From a virus (Duplodnaviria; Caudoviricetes), in IMG/VR virus record IMGVR_UViG_3300033075_001536, positions 32,001-96,000 of that record: 64,000 nucleotides of DNA, one strand, 5' to 3'. This document shows positions 7,693 through 18,556 of the stretch, in pieces (the first letter of the stretch is position 1; the number at the start of each line of letters is the position of its first letter). The notes below the pieces were generated by a model. It searched no databases, had not been told where the DNA came from, and saw nothing but the letters and a program-made list of their open reading frames with translations. The translations under genes were made by a program, and so were the position numbers.

Positions 7693-10371
7693 ATGGTAAC
7701 TCCATTATATTCATATTTAAAAGAAAACGGCACTTCATTTTATGCTTTTCCTGGTGCATCGGAAGACATTTCAGCTTCCTATCAGAATCAAAATTATAAA
7801 ATGTATTTTTCTAAATACATTCTTTTAAATTTTCCAAAACAGCAATTAGTTCCTGGATCCACTGGATCTTGCAATCCAGTTCATTGGGATTTTGATAATA
7901 CTTCTGGGCTTGGATATGGATTCATTGAATCAAGCTCTTACACCGCACCAGCGACTTTTCAAGATGCTGTGATTGAATCGCTTAGAAATTATGTGGCTAA
8001 TCAAGAGGTTACGATTAGAGATTCTAGAATTAATAATACCGAATTTTATTATAACCCAAATGAACTTGGAACTACTGCCGAAAAAATATTTTTCAAATGG
8101 TGTAAAAAATTAGGACTTATTGACTTTGAACCGGCTATTGGTGGTGCTGTTCAATATTTTGATACACTGGATGAATTTAAAAGAAATAATGAAAATGATG
8201 ATTCTTATTTTCCAGAGTATTTATGGCAAGAAAGAAGAACAACTTCATATGATATTTCTAGTTGGTCTAATCCATCTGGTAATATTCAAGCTAATTTTAT
8301 AACCACTACCAATTTTAGAGAAGGTGATGTTATTACTATTACCGATGTTGTTAATACGGACATCACTACTGATTTGGGAACACATTCAAATGTTAGAGTG
8401 ATTTCGGTCACCACACTTCCGAGTGGAGATCAACATGTTGTTTTAGATGTTCCAGCTTCTATTTTATCTGGAACAGCTTCTGAAGGAACCGCTAAGGCAT
8501 CTTTAAATTACAATCGACTTGTTCAATATGTCGGTGAAGTAAATGGGGTGAGTAATGTAAATGAGTCTAATAAATCATATACTGAAGTTTACGCACATGT
8601 TCCAGATCATTCAGGATTAACTCCAGATATTTTATTTAGAACCATGGTGGATAGTAATTACAAACCAAACATGGTCTTCCCAATTGTCCCATCACAATAT
8701 CAACCAGAAATTATTGGGGCTGAATTATTTAATTCACCAATTGTATTAGCTCCACAAAATTATCCTGGATCTTATTTCGCACAATTCGATGTGAATGATT
8801 TTACCTATGATATTAATAATGGAGACTCAATTAGAAGAAGTGGTGACTACTTTGGAATAAATGGTGATATCAATTCTCCAATTGTAGATGGAAGAACATT
8901 AGACGGAATTTCCATAGATTTTAATACTTCTCACTATGCAAAGATGAATATTCCAAATAGGAATTTAACTAACTTTGATCAATTCAATGCTCTTGAGGTA
9001 GACAATAACCCGCCAAAAGATTTCGAATTTAATGCTATTCTTTGGTACTACACAACTATGGATCCAACAGGAACCATGTCAGAAAATCTATATGGTATAT
9101 CATTTTTGGATAATCCAAATAATAATCCAAAAGAATCTGAAGTTGGGATTGCTTTTCCAAAATTTAATAAATTGGTAGCTAATGGGTCTCAAGATGGAAC
9201 ATCTTATGCATTTGGATTAAATATCAATTTTAATATTGTTTCTGATAACCCGGTAGAAGCGTATAATCCAGAAGCTATTAACTCTTTATTTGGTATGAAC
9301 TTATTTAATGATGCGATGGAGAAACTTTCCAGTATTAATGATACATTTATACAAATGTTGGCAGATAACGCTACACTTGCTCAACAAGTTTCCGGACTAC
9401 AAAGTTTGTTGTATAGTCAAACCGATTTAAACACCATCAACCAAAGAATAAATAATCTAACCTCTTTAATTAATTTATATCAAACAAATCAAATTGTGGA
9501 TTCCGAGTCGGTTGTTGTTAATTATAACGGACAAACATCCCCACCAACTATTCAACTTAGTACGCAAGATCCAAGCTATGTTCAATTAAATTCCATAGCA
9601 ACCTCTAATATGTTTAATATAAATGGAATTATACCATACACTGTAAATGTTCCGGTAAATAAAAATTTCTTAACTTATATAACAAATGATGACCAAGTAT
9701 CATTCGATCTTCCAAATAATGATAAACTAACAATTGTGTTGGATAAGGATTTGTATTATAAGCAAAAGGCAGACTTTACCATCACTTCCTCTGACTTAGC
9801 TACGGAAAATAAAAAGTTAGATATTTATATGATGAGTATTTCGGAAGGAACATCTGTTCCAGTTGAAACGCTATTAATTGGTGATATTGATCTTCCGATA
9901 TTTTTTAATAAAAATACTCAGCAACCAAATTCAGCTAAGACTTGGAATAGTTTTGATTTTAAAATTGATTTTTCTCAAGATATAACATTAAAGTCAAATG
10001 CTATTTTACAATTAAACATTGATGCTCGATTTGATATCTTAACAAACTCAATAAAAGCAGGAGATGCTTTGGTTCTAAATAATTTATTTATTGGGACAAC
10101 TTCTGTATTTAATTTTTCTGGGCAATATGTGGTAGATTCTGTCTCAACTACTCAATCACAAATTAATTTAGATATTTCATCTAATCAAACATTCGTGAAT
10201 TATGGTGCTTCACAATCTTTGCCAATGACTCTACATGGATCATCAACTACTCTACTATCTAATCTTCCGTATATTTCTTTAAATAAAGGATATAAAATTT
10301 CTATCACTAGAATAGATTCTGATTTAGTTGCACTTTCTGATAGATATAATATTCAGATTAGTCACCTATGA
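7693..10371 (+). CDS. Large putative virion structural protein
   Basis: 892 aa, N/S/T-rich beta regions plus central coiled coil; late box upstream; clustered with other structural-like genes. Confidence 0.6.
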   Translation: MVTPLYSYLKENGTSFYAFPGASEDISASYQNQNYKMYFSKYILLNFPKQQLVPGSTGSCNPVHWDFDNTSGLGYGFIESSSYTAPATFQDAVIESLRNYVANQEVTIRDSRINNTEFYYNPNELGTTAEKIFFKWCKKLGLIDFEPAIGGAVQYFDTLDEFKRNNENDDSYFPEYLWQERRTTSYDISSWSNPSGNIQANFITTTNFREGDVITITDVVNTDITTDLGTHSNVRVISVTTLPSGDQHVVLDVPASILSGTASEGTAKASLNYNRLVQYVGEVNGVSNVNESNKSYTEVYAHVPDHSGLTPDILFRTMVDSNYKPNMVFPIVPSQYQPEIIGAELFNSPIVLAPQNYPGSYFAQFDVNDFTYDINNGDSIRRSGDYFGINGDINSPIVDGRTLDGISIDFNTSHYAKMNIPNRNLTNFDQFNALEVDNNPPKDFEFNAILWYYTTMDPTGTMSENLYGISFLDNPNNNPKESEVGIAFPKFNKLVANGSQDGTSYAFGLNINFNIVSDNPVEAYNPEAINSLFGMNLFNDAMEKLSSINDTFIQMLADNATLAQQVSGLQSLLYSQTDLNTINQRINNLTSLINLYQTNQIVDSESVVVNYNGQTSPPTIQLSTQDPSYVQLNSIATSNMFNINGIIPYTVNVPVNKNFLTYITNDDQVSFDLPNNDKLTIVLDKDLYYKQKADFTITSSDLATENKKLDIYMMSISEGTSVPVETLLIGDIDLPIFFNKNTQQPNSAKTWNSFDFKIDFSQDITLKSNAILQLNIDARFDILTNSIKAGDALVLNNLFIGTTSVFNFSGQYVVDSVSTTQSQINLDISSNQTFVNYGASQSLPMTLHGSSTTLLSNLPYISLNKGYKISITRIDSDLVALSDRYNIQISHL

Positions 10372-10742
10372 TCAGTAAATTTGATGAATATGTTTCTCCA
10401 GAAAAAATAATTTCAGAAATAAAAGAAATTTCTTATATTTTGGAAGATGAAGGATTCAATATAAATTATACAGTATCAAAAAATATTTATATAGGATATC
10501 TTTTTATAGTGATATCTAGATATCATAGAATAAATTACAAATTCCAAAAAAATCTCATGGAGTCTGAGTATTGGTTGGAATATATAGACAGATTAAAAGA
10601 AATTTTGGATAGATTTGGATTTTATCCAAGATTACCATGTTTATCGAGATTACACTTCGAAAACCGTCCCATAAATATAACTATTGTGATAGAAAAGTTT
10701 ACTCCAAGACAAAAAAGAAAAATGTTAAATAAAAACAAATGA
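10368..10742 (+). CDS. CTS-like-tagged paralog-family protein
   Basis: MISKFDEY; EIKEISYILEDEGF...EYIDRLKEILDRFGF. Confidence 0.8.
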   Translation: MISKFDEYVSPEKIISEIKEISYILEDEGFNINYTVSKNIYIGYLFIVISRYHRINYKFQKNLMESEYWLEYIDRLKEILDRFGFYPRLPCLSRLHFENRPINITIVIEKFTPRQKRKMLNKNK

Positions 10743-11092
10743 TTTGTAAATTTAACGAATTAAATCTTGAGAACGAAATAAAAGAAATATCTTATATCAT
10801 AGATGATGATTTTGGATATTTAAAAATTTCAAAAGCATATGGTAAGATATACATAACCATTTTGAACAACAGCTCTCCACCATCTAACAGCGCTTGGAAC
10901 CGGAAACCAAAAGTATCTAAATCACTAATTGATAGTGATCAGTATATTGAATTTTATGATAGGTTGAAGGAAATATTCTTTAAATTTAATTACAATTTAT
11001 ATCATCTAAAAGATCATAAGAATATTATCGTCCTTTCACCAATGACTGATATGCAAGTAAAGAGAAAATTAAAAAAGAATTCCAAATTATAG
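10739..11092 (+). CDS. CTS-like-tagged paralog-family protein (tandem with previous)
   Basis: MICKFNEL; EIKEISYIIDDDFG...EFYDRLKEIF. Confidence 0.8.
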   Translation: MICKFNELNLENEIKEISYIIDDDFGYLKISKAYGKIYITILNNSSPPSNSAWNRKPKVSKSLIDSDQYIEFYDRLKEIFFKFNYNLYHLKDHKNIIVLSPMTDMQVKRKLKKNSKL

Positions 11093-11134
11093 AATTTAGA
11101 TTTTAATATATACTAAAAATATTAAACTTAATTC

Positions 11135-12313
11135 ATGGGATGTGGAAACGATAGTCTTTTTGGTGGAACTAGCCAATTTATAAAAACAAATGCTGGTGAT
11201 TTAATTGCGGTTCTTGGATCTAATACAATTGAAAGACAAATGCTTGCTGATCTAAGAATTCCTTATAAGCAAATTTTACATTCTAGGGTTATTTTAAAAG
11301 CTGGTCAAATTAATTATCTACTTAATTTTTTAGGCATGGGTGATAATGCAACTTTTCTTTCTATGAAAGCAACCTATGATCCAAAGTCTGTAAATGAAGA
11401 GTCTAATTATATTAATTGGAGCTTTTTTGATAGCTTATCAACGGTTAATCATATGGATCAATTGATGATCTTAACTGGTAACTCTACAAACAGAATTAAG
11501 CAATTGTACCTAACAAATCCAAATTCAACCTATCCGGTCATTATAGATGTTTTGGTGGCAAGTATTGATGATACTTATTCTTATTTTCAAGATACGGTTA
11601 ATCAAACTGGAACCATGTTTACTGGATTGTCTTATACAAATATTGAAACTTATGTGGTGGATGAGTCGATTGTTATTTTTGATTCAAATTCTCCTAGAAA
11701 TGCATTAATGTATATCGTTTTGACAAATATAAATTCAATTACAAGAACATCAACTATGTTAGTCATTGAAGATGTTTCTGCTGGTATGATATATTTAACA
11801 TTTTTAACAGAATGGGATGCGATGCAGGCTCAATCTGCTTTGAATTATGTTTTGCAAAATTCTGGAGCAATACTCCCAATGACATCTGATTTGGTTCCAC
11901 CAGTAGTTTATTTATTAAATCAAGTTGGAGCATCGTCATCAGGAGCGACCTTATCTATTATTGGAACAGGAGCAACTGGTCCATATAACACATCATGGTT
12001 TGGATATACCTATTCAAGCACTATATCAACTAGCATTTTAGCCACATTTGGGGCAACCATTTCGTTAGCTGACTTTGGTGATAGTGGAACGATTACCTTA
12101 CCAAGATTGAATTCACTATTAGTTGGATCAGCATCTGATAATAGAGACGGTGATTTAACACTTTCAGACAGCAATTTTGTTTTAACAAACTATGCTGGAA
12201 ATTCGGTTGTTTCTATAATAGCTACTGGAACATACTCATTAAAGTTTGTCCTCAAAGATATTGCCGGAAATGAAATAAATTCCTTGACAAAAATTGAATT
12301 ATATATAATCTAA
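11135..12313 (+). CDS. Putative virion protein with C-terminal Ig-like (HYR/DUF5011-type) domain
   Basis: D.VPP...ASDNRDGDLT...GTYSLKFVLKDIAGN motif. Confidence 0.6.
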   Translation: MGCGNDSLFGGTSQFIKTNAGDLIAVLGSNTIERQMLADLRIPYKQILHSRVILKAGQINYLLNFLGMGDNATFLSMKATYDPKSVNEESNYINWSFFDSLSTVNHMDQLMILTGNSTNRIKQLYLTNPNSTYPVIIDVLVASIDDTYSYFQDTVNQTGTMFTGLSYTNIETYVVDESIVIFDSNSPRNALMYIVLTNINSITRTSTMLVIEDVSAGMIYLTFLTEWDAMQAQSALNYVLQNSGAILPMTSDLVPPVVYLLNQVGASSSGATLSIIGTGATGPYNTSWFGYTYSSTISTSILATFGATISLADFGDSGTITLPRLNSLLVGSASDNRDGDLTLSDSNFVLTNYAGNSVVSIIATGTYSLKFVLKDIAGNEINSLTKIELYII

Positions 12314-12708
12314 TGGCATATAATGTAAGTAATTTTTTATTATCTAAATCATCTTCTGATTATAATATTGTTATTCAAAACTCACTTGGTGAGTTAATGA
12401 CAATTAAGACATTTAATATTATTAATATTTTTAGTATTAATAACTTAGTTAAAATTAAACTAAAGGGTAATGAGGTAACAACACTTGATTTTAATACTCA
12501 AGTGGAGGCATTTACTGCTTTGCAAATTTTAAAAGAGCAATGGACAACAGCAAGAGAATTAAAACCTTATTTAATTGATAAAGAGGTTGTTAATTATGTT
12601 TCTGGTAAAACATTTTCAAATATCTCCATGACTATGTCTGTTCTATTAGCCGAGGGAGGATATTCTACACTCTATATTGAAAATGGTATTGTTATAAATA
12701 TAATATAA
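12313..12708 (+). CDS. Hypothetical protein, possibly structural
   Basis: TAATG coupling to upstream gene. Confidence 0.6.
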   Translation: MAYNVSNFLLSKSSSDYNIVIQNSLGELMTIKTFNIINIFSINNLVKIKLKGNEVTTLDFNTQVEAFTALQILKEQWTTARELKPYLIDKEVVNYVSGKTFSNISMTMSVLLAEGGYSTLYIENGIVINII

Positions 12709-12738
12709 ACAATTATTATATTTTTTATAAAATATTTA

Positions 12739-14571
12739 ATGCACATCTTAAATATAATCACTCGATGCTCAAGAACAAAAAATATTTTAAAAGTTAAAGA
12801 ATCTATTTTTAAAAATATACCAGAAAATTTTGAAATATTCTGGCACATCACATTTGATACAACCGTTCTAAAAGACATATCAGCAGAAATTCTATCTGAA
12901 TTGGAACATGATTTTATTTCTCTAAAATTTAGAAAGTCAATACCAGGTGATTATGGTCATAATTTTATAAACATATCATTGGGACAAATTTCTTCTGGAT
13001 GGATTTATATTTTAGATGATGATAATATTTTACATCCAGATTTATTAAAAACAATTTCGGAAAAAATAGAAGAATTTCCAGAAAAAAGAGGATTTATTTT
13101 TAATCAAAAAATTGGTGGGAAAGATTTTTCTGGGTTGGACATAAGAGAAGCTAAATCGGAAAATATAAAAGTTGGATCCATTGATATGGCACAATTTTTA
13201 CTACGAAGGGATTTAATAGGATTTAAACGACTAACATCAAATGAATATAAAGCAGATGGGTATTTCATAGAAGACCTTTTTCAATTCAATCAAGATGATT
13301 TTTTATTTATTGAGAAAGAATTGTGTTACTATAATTATCTACAATCTGAAAAAATGCCAATTTCATTACCAAGGGTTTTATTACTAGGTGAAGATTTTGA
13401 TTTAAAATCCAAAAAATTCTATGATTATGAAGAAGATAGAATAAATAAAAAATTTATAGAAGATAAAGATATAAATAAAGAAGTGATAAAATTTAACCCA
13501 GATGCAATTATTTCTATTGGTGATAATTATAATCAATTTACAATACTTAGTCACTCACCAACCGATATTCGAAAGAGATGGATGCATATAGGAGGTGATG
13601 TTCCAAATAAAGGAGAAATTGCCTACCAATGTGCTATGTCATATATTTTAAAAGGACAAGATCAAGAAACCCCATTAGTTTCATTCTTTACTCCGTTTTT
13701 TAACACTGGTGATAAATTATATAGAACTTATGAGTCTCTAAAAAATCAAGCCTACTCAAATTGGGAATGGGTCTTAGTAAACGACTCAACGGATGAAGGA
13801 AAGACTTTAAAAATAGCTGAACACATTGCTTCAGAAGACCCAAGAGTTAAAGTGTATGATTTTAGAGAAAAATCTGGTGGAATTGTAGGAGAAGCTAAGT
13901 ATAGAGCCGCTTCTTTATCGAGAGGTAAATATATTATGGAGTTGGATCATGATGATGTTTTAACTAATTATGCAACAGAATTAATGGTACAAGCTTTCAA
14001 AGAACATCCAGATGCTAAATTTGTTTATTCTGATTGTTCAGAAATTGATGAAAATCATAATTCACTTACTTATGGAGACGGATTTGCTTTTGGATATGGT
14101 AAATACAGAACAGAAAACTATAACGGTAGAGACTATCAAGTAGCAGCCACACAAAATATAAATCCAAAAACAATAAGACACATTGTTGGGGTTCCGAACC
14201 ATTTTAGAGCATGGGATAGGGAATTTTATCACTCTATTGGAGGACATAATAGAAGGCTAACCATTGCGGATGATTATGAGTTAATAATAAGAACATTTTT
14301 AAAAACTCGAATGGTTGGAATTAGAAAACTTTGTTACTTGCAATTTTATCACAATTCATCTACTCTAAATAACACACAAGACTCATCAAGAGCAGATATT
14401 CAAAGAAGAGTTAGGTCTATTGCACAATATTATAATATAGATATTAAAAACAGATTTGAAGAACTTGGTGTAAAAGATTGGGCATATGAATTTAGTCCAC
14501 ATTTCCCACTTTTAACCGAATCAAAATTCGGTGAAGAGGAAGGTTATGTTAATTATATTTTTAATATATAG
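12739..14571 (+). CDS. Tandem two-domain GT2 (GT-A) glycosyltransferase
   Basis: N-domain GWIYILDDDN; C-domain PLVSFFTP..N, WVLVNDS, ELDHDD, ADDYEL. Confidence 0.85.
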   Translation: MHILNIITRCSRTKNILKVKESIFKNIPENFEIFWHITFDTTVLKDISAEILSELEHDFISLKFRKSIPGDYGHNFINISLGQISSGWIYILDDDNILHPDLLKTISEKIEEFPEKRGFIFNQKIGGKDFSGLDIREAKSENIKVGSIDMAQFLLRRDLIGFKRLTSNEYKADGYFIEDLFQFNQDDFLFIEKELCYYNYLQSEKMPISLPRVLLLGEDFDLKSKKFYDYEEDRINKKFIEDKDINKEVIKFNPDAIISIGDNYNQFTILSHSPTDIRKRWMHIGGDVPNKGEIAYQCAMSYILKGQDQETPLVSFFTPFFNTGDKLYRTYESLKNQAYSNWEWVLVNDSTDEGKTLKIAEHIASEDPRVKVYDFREKSGGIVGEAKYRAASLSRGKYIMELDHDDVLTNYATELMVQAFKEHPDAKFVYSDCSEIDENHNSLTYGDGFAFGYGKYRTENYNGRDYQVAATQNINPKTIRHIVGVPNHFRAWDREFYHSIGGHNRRLTIADDYELIIRTFLKTRMVGIRKLCYLQFYHNSSTLNNTQDSSRADIQRRVRSIAQYYNIDIKNRFEELGVKDWAYEFSPHFPLLTESKFGEEEGYVNYIFNI

Positions 14572-14574
14572 TGG

Positions 14575-16212
14575 ATGGATATTTTAAGATTCAAACAGTT
14601 TGAGAAAAAACTTTCTATTTCCGAATTATCTGAACCAGCACCTTCTAATTTTAACGGAAACGGAAATAAAAGAGGTGATGTTTTGATAAAGAAAGTAGAA
14701 GATGGCGATCCTTTAATTATTGGGCCTGTTGGTAATCGAAAATCTGTTATTGTGGATGAGATTAGAGACCCAGAAGGTGTTGTATTGGATAATTTGGATG
14801 GCATGGATGGTGTAAAAGATAATGAGGATAGATACGATCCTAGCCTAGCAACTAACTTTTTTAAAAATGGAAGAGGACACTATATAAATACATTTATTGG
14901 GCAACAGGCCGATGGGACAGATTGTGAATTCACATTAAATAATATTGAAAAAACAACCGATTTCGGATCCTCTGGTCCTGGAAGAAATATAGATAAATGT
15001 GAAGTAATACAAGCTATTTTTATACATCTAAACAGAGTTAATCCACAGATAGCTTTATCTGTTAAAAACGCTGTTCAAATATTTCAACAATTTGTTTTGG
15101 ATACACCAAATTTAACCGACTTCATAAAAACTAATATGGAAATAACTCCAGATATGATTAATGATCTGGATAGTGATTGGTTATATACTTTTTCAGAAAT
15201 TCCTGGTGAGATTGAACATTTATTAAGAGATCATAAAAAGAGCCAATATGTTATTATACATAACAAGTATAATCGACCATCTCCATATAGATCAATAAAA
15301 AATAAAGTTAAGCAGTTTTTACCAGGTACAGAAATTTCAAAATTTTACCCAGGTGATTTAATTGTTGTTTCTGATCATAGACTAGTTATAGATGTTGTGA
15401 ATGGAAATAGAAATGGTGGATTTGGATATTTAATGGGTAAAATAGAAGCAACCCAAAATATAAACGAATTGATTTCTCTTTTAAATAACCTATTTAATGA
15501 AAAGGTAATGTGCTCATTGTCATTAAAGAAATTAAAAGCTGGGCTAGATTATAGTGTTATTATTAATAATGATAGTATTATTGGTAATAATATTCCAGAT
15601 CCAGTTAATTTTGAATTTAATGGGTTTGAAATAAGTAGAGTTCCGGAAAGAGGAAGGTCTTCAAAAGTTTCAACAATATCTAGATATCGTGGTGTTCCAA
15701 GGTATAGAATAATGATATTTAGAGGTGATAAGGGAGGAGATCTAAATGGTGAAGTAGAAGGATCAACTTCTAGACATGGTAAAATATCTTTACAGATTAT
15801 AAATAAGATAATTAGAAGACACTTTCAAGACTTTGGATTACAAACGCAAGATTTTGAATTTGTTAGAAGGAGAGTTGTTTTAAATGATTTAAATAATAAT
15901 CAATTATTAAATCAAATAAACTCTCTTATTGGTGATGTTGCAGAGCTTGTAAATCATGGATTTAATATAGATAGAAATTTATCTGGAAGAGATGATATAT
16001 CTAATAACAGAGATGGACTAATTTCTAAATTACAGTCTTTGGAAATGATTAAATTATTAGCAGATATATCAATGGAAAACAATGAGTGTTTTGATTTAAT
16101 TATTAATGATATTTTTAAATATGCGATGTCAATACAAGTTTGGCATGATCAGAACACCCCACCAAATCGCCAAGGAAATTTATTAACTCCTAAATATTTT
16201 AGGACAGTTTAA
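14575..16212 (+). CDS. CTS-like-tagged large hypothetical protein
   Basis: MDILRFKQFEK; TAATATATA 4 nt before ATG; no recognised domain. Confidence 0.75.
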   Translation: MDILRFKQFEKKLSISELSEPAPSNFNGNGNKRGDVLIKKVEDGDPLIIGPVGNRKSVIVDEIRDPEGVVLDNLDGMDGVKDNEDRYDPSLATNFFKNGRGHYINTFIGQQADGTDCEFTLNNIEKTTDFGSSGPGRNIDKCEVIQAIFIHLNRVNPQIALSVKNAVQIFQQFVLDTPNLTDFIKTNMEITPDMINDLDSDWLYTFSEIPGEIEHLLRDHKKSQYVIIHNKYNRPSPYRSIKNKVKQFLPGTEISKFYPGDLIVVSDHRLVIDVVNGNRNGGFGYLMGKIEATQNINELISLLNNLFNEKVMCSLSLKKLKAGLDYSVIINNDSIIGNNIPDPVNFEFNGFEISRVPERGRSSKVSTISRYRGVPRYRIMIFRGDKGGDLNGEVEGSTSRHGKISLQIINKIIRRHFQDFGLQTQDFEFVRRRVVLNDLNNNQLLNQINSLIGDVAELVNHGFNIDRNLSGRDDISNNRDGLISKLQSLEMIKLLADISMENNECFDLIINDIFKYAMSIQVWHDQNTPPNRQGNLLTPKYFRTV

Positions 16213-16664
16213 AGATTTCTATCTCTATTTATCTGTTCAGACCTCACAATAGCAGTGTGTCCATAATATCCATTATGACAGTTATAAGCAGTAAATTGCA
16301 ATAATCCTTCAGATGTTTCTATGTTTACAAACATAGTTTCTCTTTCTTCAGGACCATCAGTTATCTCATCTAATCTACTAACATTTAAACACTCATCTAC
16401 AATTTTAACACCTATTAATTTTGACCCTATAAAAGATTTATATTCATCATTGGTGAAAAAATATCCAAATTTTTCACAACAGTTTTGATCATTTTCAATC
16501 AAAAGATATATGGTTTGTTTATTGGTGTGAATAGCAAATCCATCATAAGAAGACATACTACCTCTCAAATCTATCTCATCTCTTCCAAACAGCTCCTCTA
16601 TTTCTTCAATAATTTCATCAGAAGAGTTCTCAAATAGTTTAAATTTCTTGATAATTTTAGACAT
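16209..16664 (-). CDS. CTS-like-tagged phage protein with NGYYG motif
   Basis: MSKIIKKFKLFEN; IETSEGLLQFTAYNCHNGYYGH. Confidence 0.7.
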   Translation of the reverse strand: MSKIIKKFKLFENSSDEIIEEIEELFGRDEIDLRGSMSSYDGFAIHTNKQTIYLLIENDQNCCEKFGYFFTNDEYKSFIGSKLIGVKIVDECLNVSRLDEITDGPEERETMFVNIETSEGLLQFTAYNCHNGYYGHTAIVRSEQINRDRNL

Positions 16665-16696
16665 AAACTATATATAAAAATATTTATATAATATTA

Positions 16697-17665
16697 ATGC
16701 TAACTGATTTAATCATTGATGGAAATTATATCTTATCTAAATCCGTTTTTGTTTTACATAAAAACAATTTGCTTTATGGTGCTCTACACAAAGCTTTAGA
16801 AAACACAGTGATGAATTATAGGAAATGGTATCCATTTCAAAATGTCTATTTGGTTTCTGATTCCAAGGAAAGATCATGGAGAAAAGATATTAATGAATTT
16901 TATAAAGCAAATAGAAAAAAGGATTCAGATATTGATTGGAACTTTGCCTATACAGCTTATGGTGAATTTAAACAAGGATTAAAGGGAATTAAAGTGTTGG
17001 AGCAGTCTTCTATTGAAGGAGATGATTGGATATCTTTCCTCATCAATAAATCGAATTCTAGTGGTCGTGGCACCATCACCGTATCCAATGATGGAGATAT
17101 TAAACAATTGGTTTCTTATTCACTGGATCCACTCTATATCAATATAATGACCAATGAAATGTATAATAAAGAGAAAGTATTTTTACCAACAAATTATCAG
17201 CTATTTTTAGATAAATTAAATAAGCTTCCAAATGATGACATTTTCTCTTTGAACAATCACTCTGAGTTCAATCAACTTTTTAACAATTTTTTAAATAAAT
17301 ACGAATCAGTTGAGGTAAATCCAGTGAAGTCTTTGGTGATTAAATTAATCTCTGGGGATATTTCTGATAATATAAAATCGGCATGGGTGGTTGAGAAAGA
17401 AGGCAAAACTAGAGGAATTGGACAAGCTGGTGCTGAATCAATTTATGAAAATTATTTAACCGAATTTGGAGAGATTAATTTATCAGATCCAGATGTTTTT
17501 GAAAATATAGCAGATCTAATTTGTGAAAAAAAGAAGTTATCAAAAACATTTATTTCAGAAATTGTAGAAAATATAAAATTTAATATGCGATTAATTGATT
17601 TAAGAATTGATCAGCTACCAAAAGAAATTGTAGAAAAAATGGAAGAAAAATATAAAATTAGTTAA
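16697..17665 (+). CDS. 5'-3' exonuclease / T4 RNase H-like flap endonuclease
   Basis: LIIDGN; SWRK....YKANR; IEGDD; SNDGDIKQL; GDISDNI. Confidence 0.88.
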   Translation: MLTDLIIDGNYILSKSVFVLHKNNLLYGALHKALENTVMNYRKWYPFQNVYLVSDSKERSWRKDINEFYKANRKKDSDIDWNFAYTAYGEFKQGLKGIKVLEQSSIEGDDWISFLINKSNSSGRGTITVSNDGDIKQLVSYSLDPLYINIMTNEMYNKEKVFLPTNYQLFLDKLNKLPNDDIFSLNNHSEFNQLFNNFLNKYESVEVNPVKSLVIKLISGDISDNIKSAWVVEKEGKTRGIGQAGAESIYENYLTEFGEINLSDPDVFENIADLICEKKKLSKTFISEIVENIKFNMRLIDLRIDQLPKEIVEKMEEKYKIS

Positions 17666-17670
17666 TAAAT

Positions 17671-17901
17671 ATGGAACATTATATCGCTTTTTATATAACA
17701 TTTATATTTTTTACATTTATTATTTTATTTGATTTATCACCAATTAATATTGTAAAATTTATTTGTAGAGATAAAAATACCACTTTTGGCATTTTGACTT
17801 TTGGTATCCATCAGTATAGAAAATATAAAGAGAAGAAACTTTCTGAAAGAAACACTTTACAATATATTAGGAATAAAAAATTAGAAAAAATTTTAAAATG
17901 A
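17671..17901 (+). CDS. Small membrane-anchored protein with C-terminal tag
   Basis: N-terminal TM helix; ends IRNKKLEKILK. Confidence 0.65.
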   Translation: MEHYIAFYITFIFFTFIILFDLSPINIVKFICRDKNTTFGILTFGIHQYRKYKEKKLSERNTLQYIRNKKLEKILK

Positions 17902-18137
17902 AAGAAAATAATACAATTATTGCTATAAAAAATAGTATAGATTTTTATATGGATAGTGGAAAAAAGATTTTATATTATTATAAATATGATAATTTTAAAG
18001 TTATAAGGACATTTTTTGGAACAGATGAAATATCGATTTTTAACCCGATTTTAAATGAAAAAATATTTGTAGATAGTAAAGATTTTATAACCTTATTCGA
18101 ATATAGAGATCAAAAATTAGAAAATATTCTAAAATGA
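17898..18137 (+). CDS. Small protein with C-terminal tag
   Basis: Ends YRDQKLENILK. Confidence 0.65.
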   Translation: MKENNTIIAIKNSIDFYMDSGKKILYYYKYDNFKVIRTFFGTDEISIFNPILNEKIFVDSKDFITLFEYRDQKLENILK

Positions 18138-18556
18138 AAAAAATAGATAATAATTTATTAGCAATTTCTAAAGCAATGTTGGTTGATAGAGATGACTGGC
18201 AATATGTTTCTGATGAACAAAAATCTACATTTTTCTTTATTACTTCTCGTTATTTAAGTAAGATATATCCAAAAGAATCTAAACTTTTGAATTCAAAATT
18301 AATAGATAAGGCTACAGGTATGGACATTTGGTTCCATTTTTTAAAAGATAAGCCTTATCCTAAATTGATGTGGTCTAAATCTGAAAAAGAAAAATCGGAA
18401 GATATTCCAGAAAAAGATTTCGAATTACTCTACGAAAAGCTTGGTCTAAATAAAAAAGAAGATCTAAATTTCCTAATAAATAGGTTTCCTGAATATATTG
18501 AAGAGGAATTGGATTATTATAAAAAACAATTAAAATCAAAAAAGAAAAATGGTTAA
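18134..18556 (+). CDS. Hypothetical protein, possibly T4 gp62-like clamp-loader small subunit
   Basis: FFFITSRYLS weakly resembles gp62-type motif; size fits; near RNase H. Confidence 0.35.
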   Translation: MKKIDNNLLAISKAMLVDRDDWQYVSDEQKSTFFFITSRYLSKIYPKESKLLNSKLIDKATGMDIWFHFLKDKPYPKLMWSKSEKEKSEDIPEKDFELLYEKLGLNKKEDLNFLINRFPEYIEEELDYYKKQLKSKKKNG

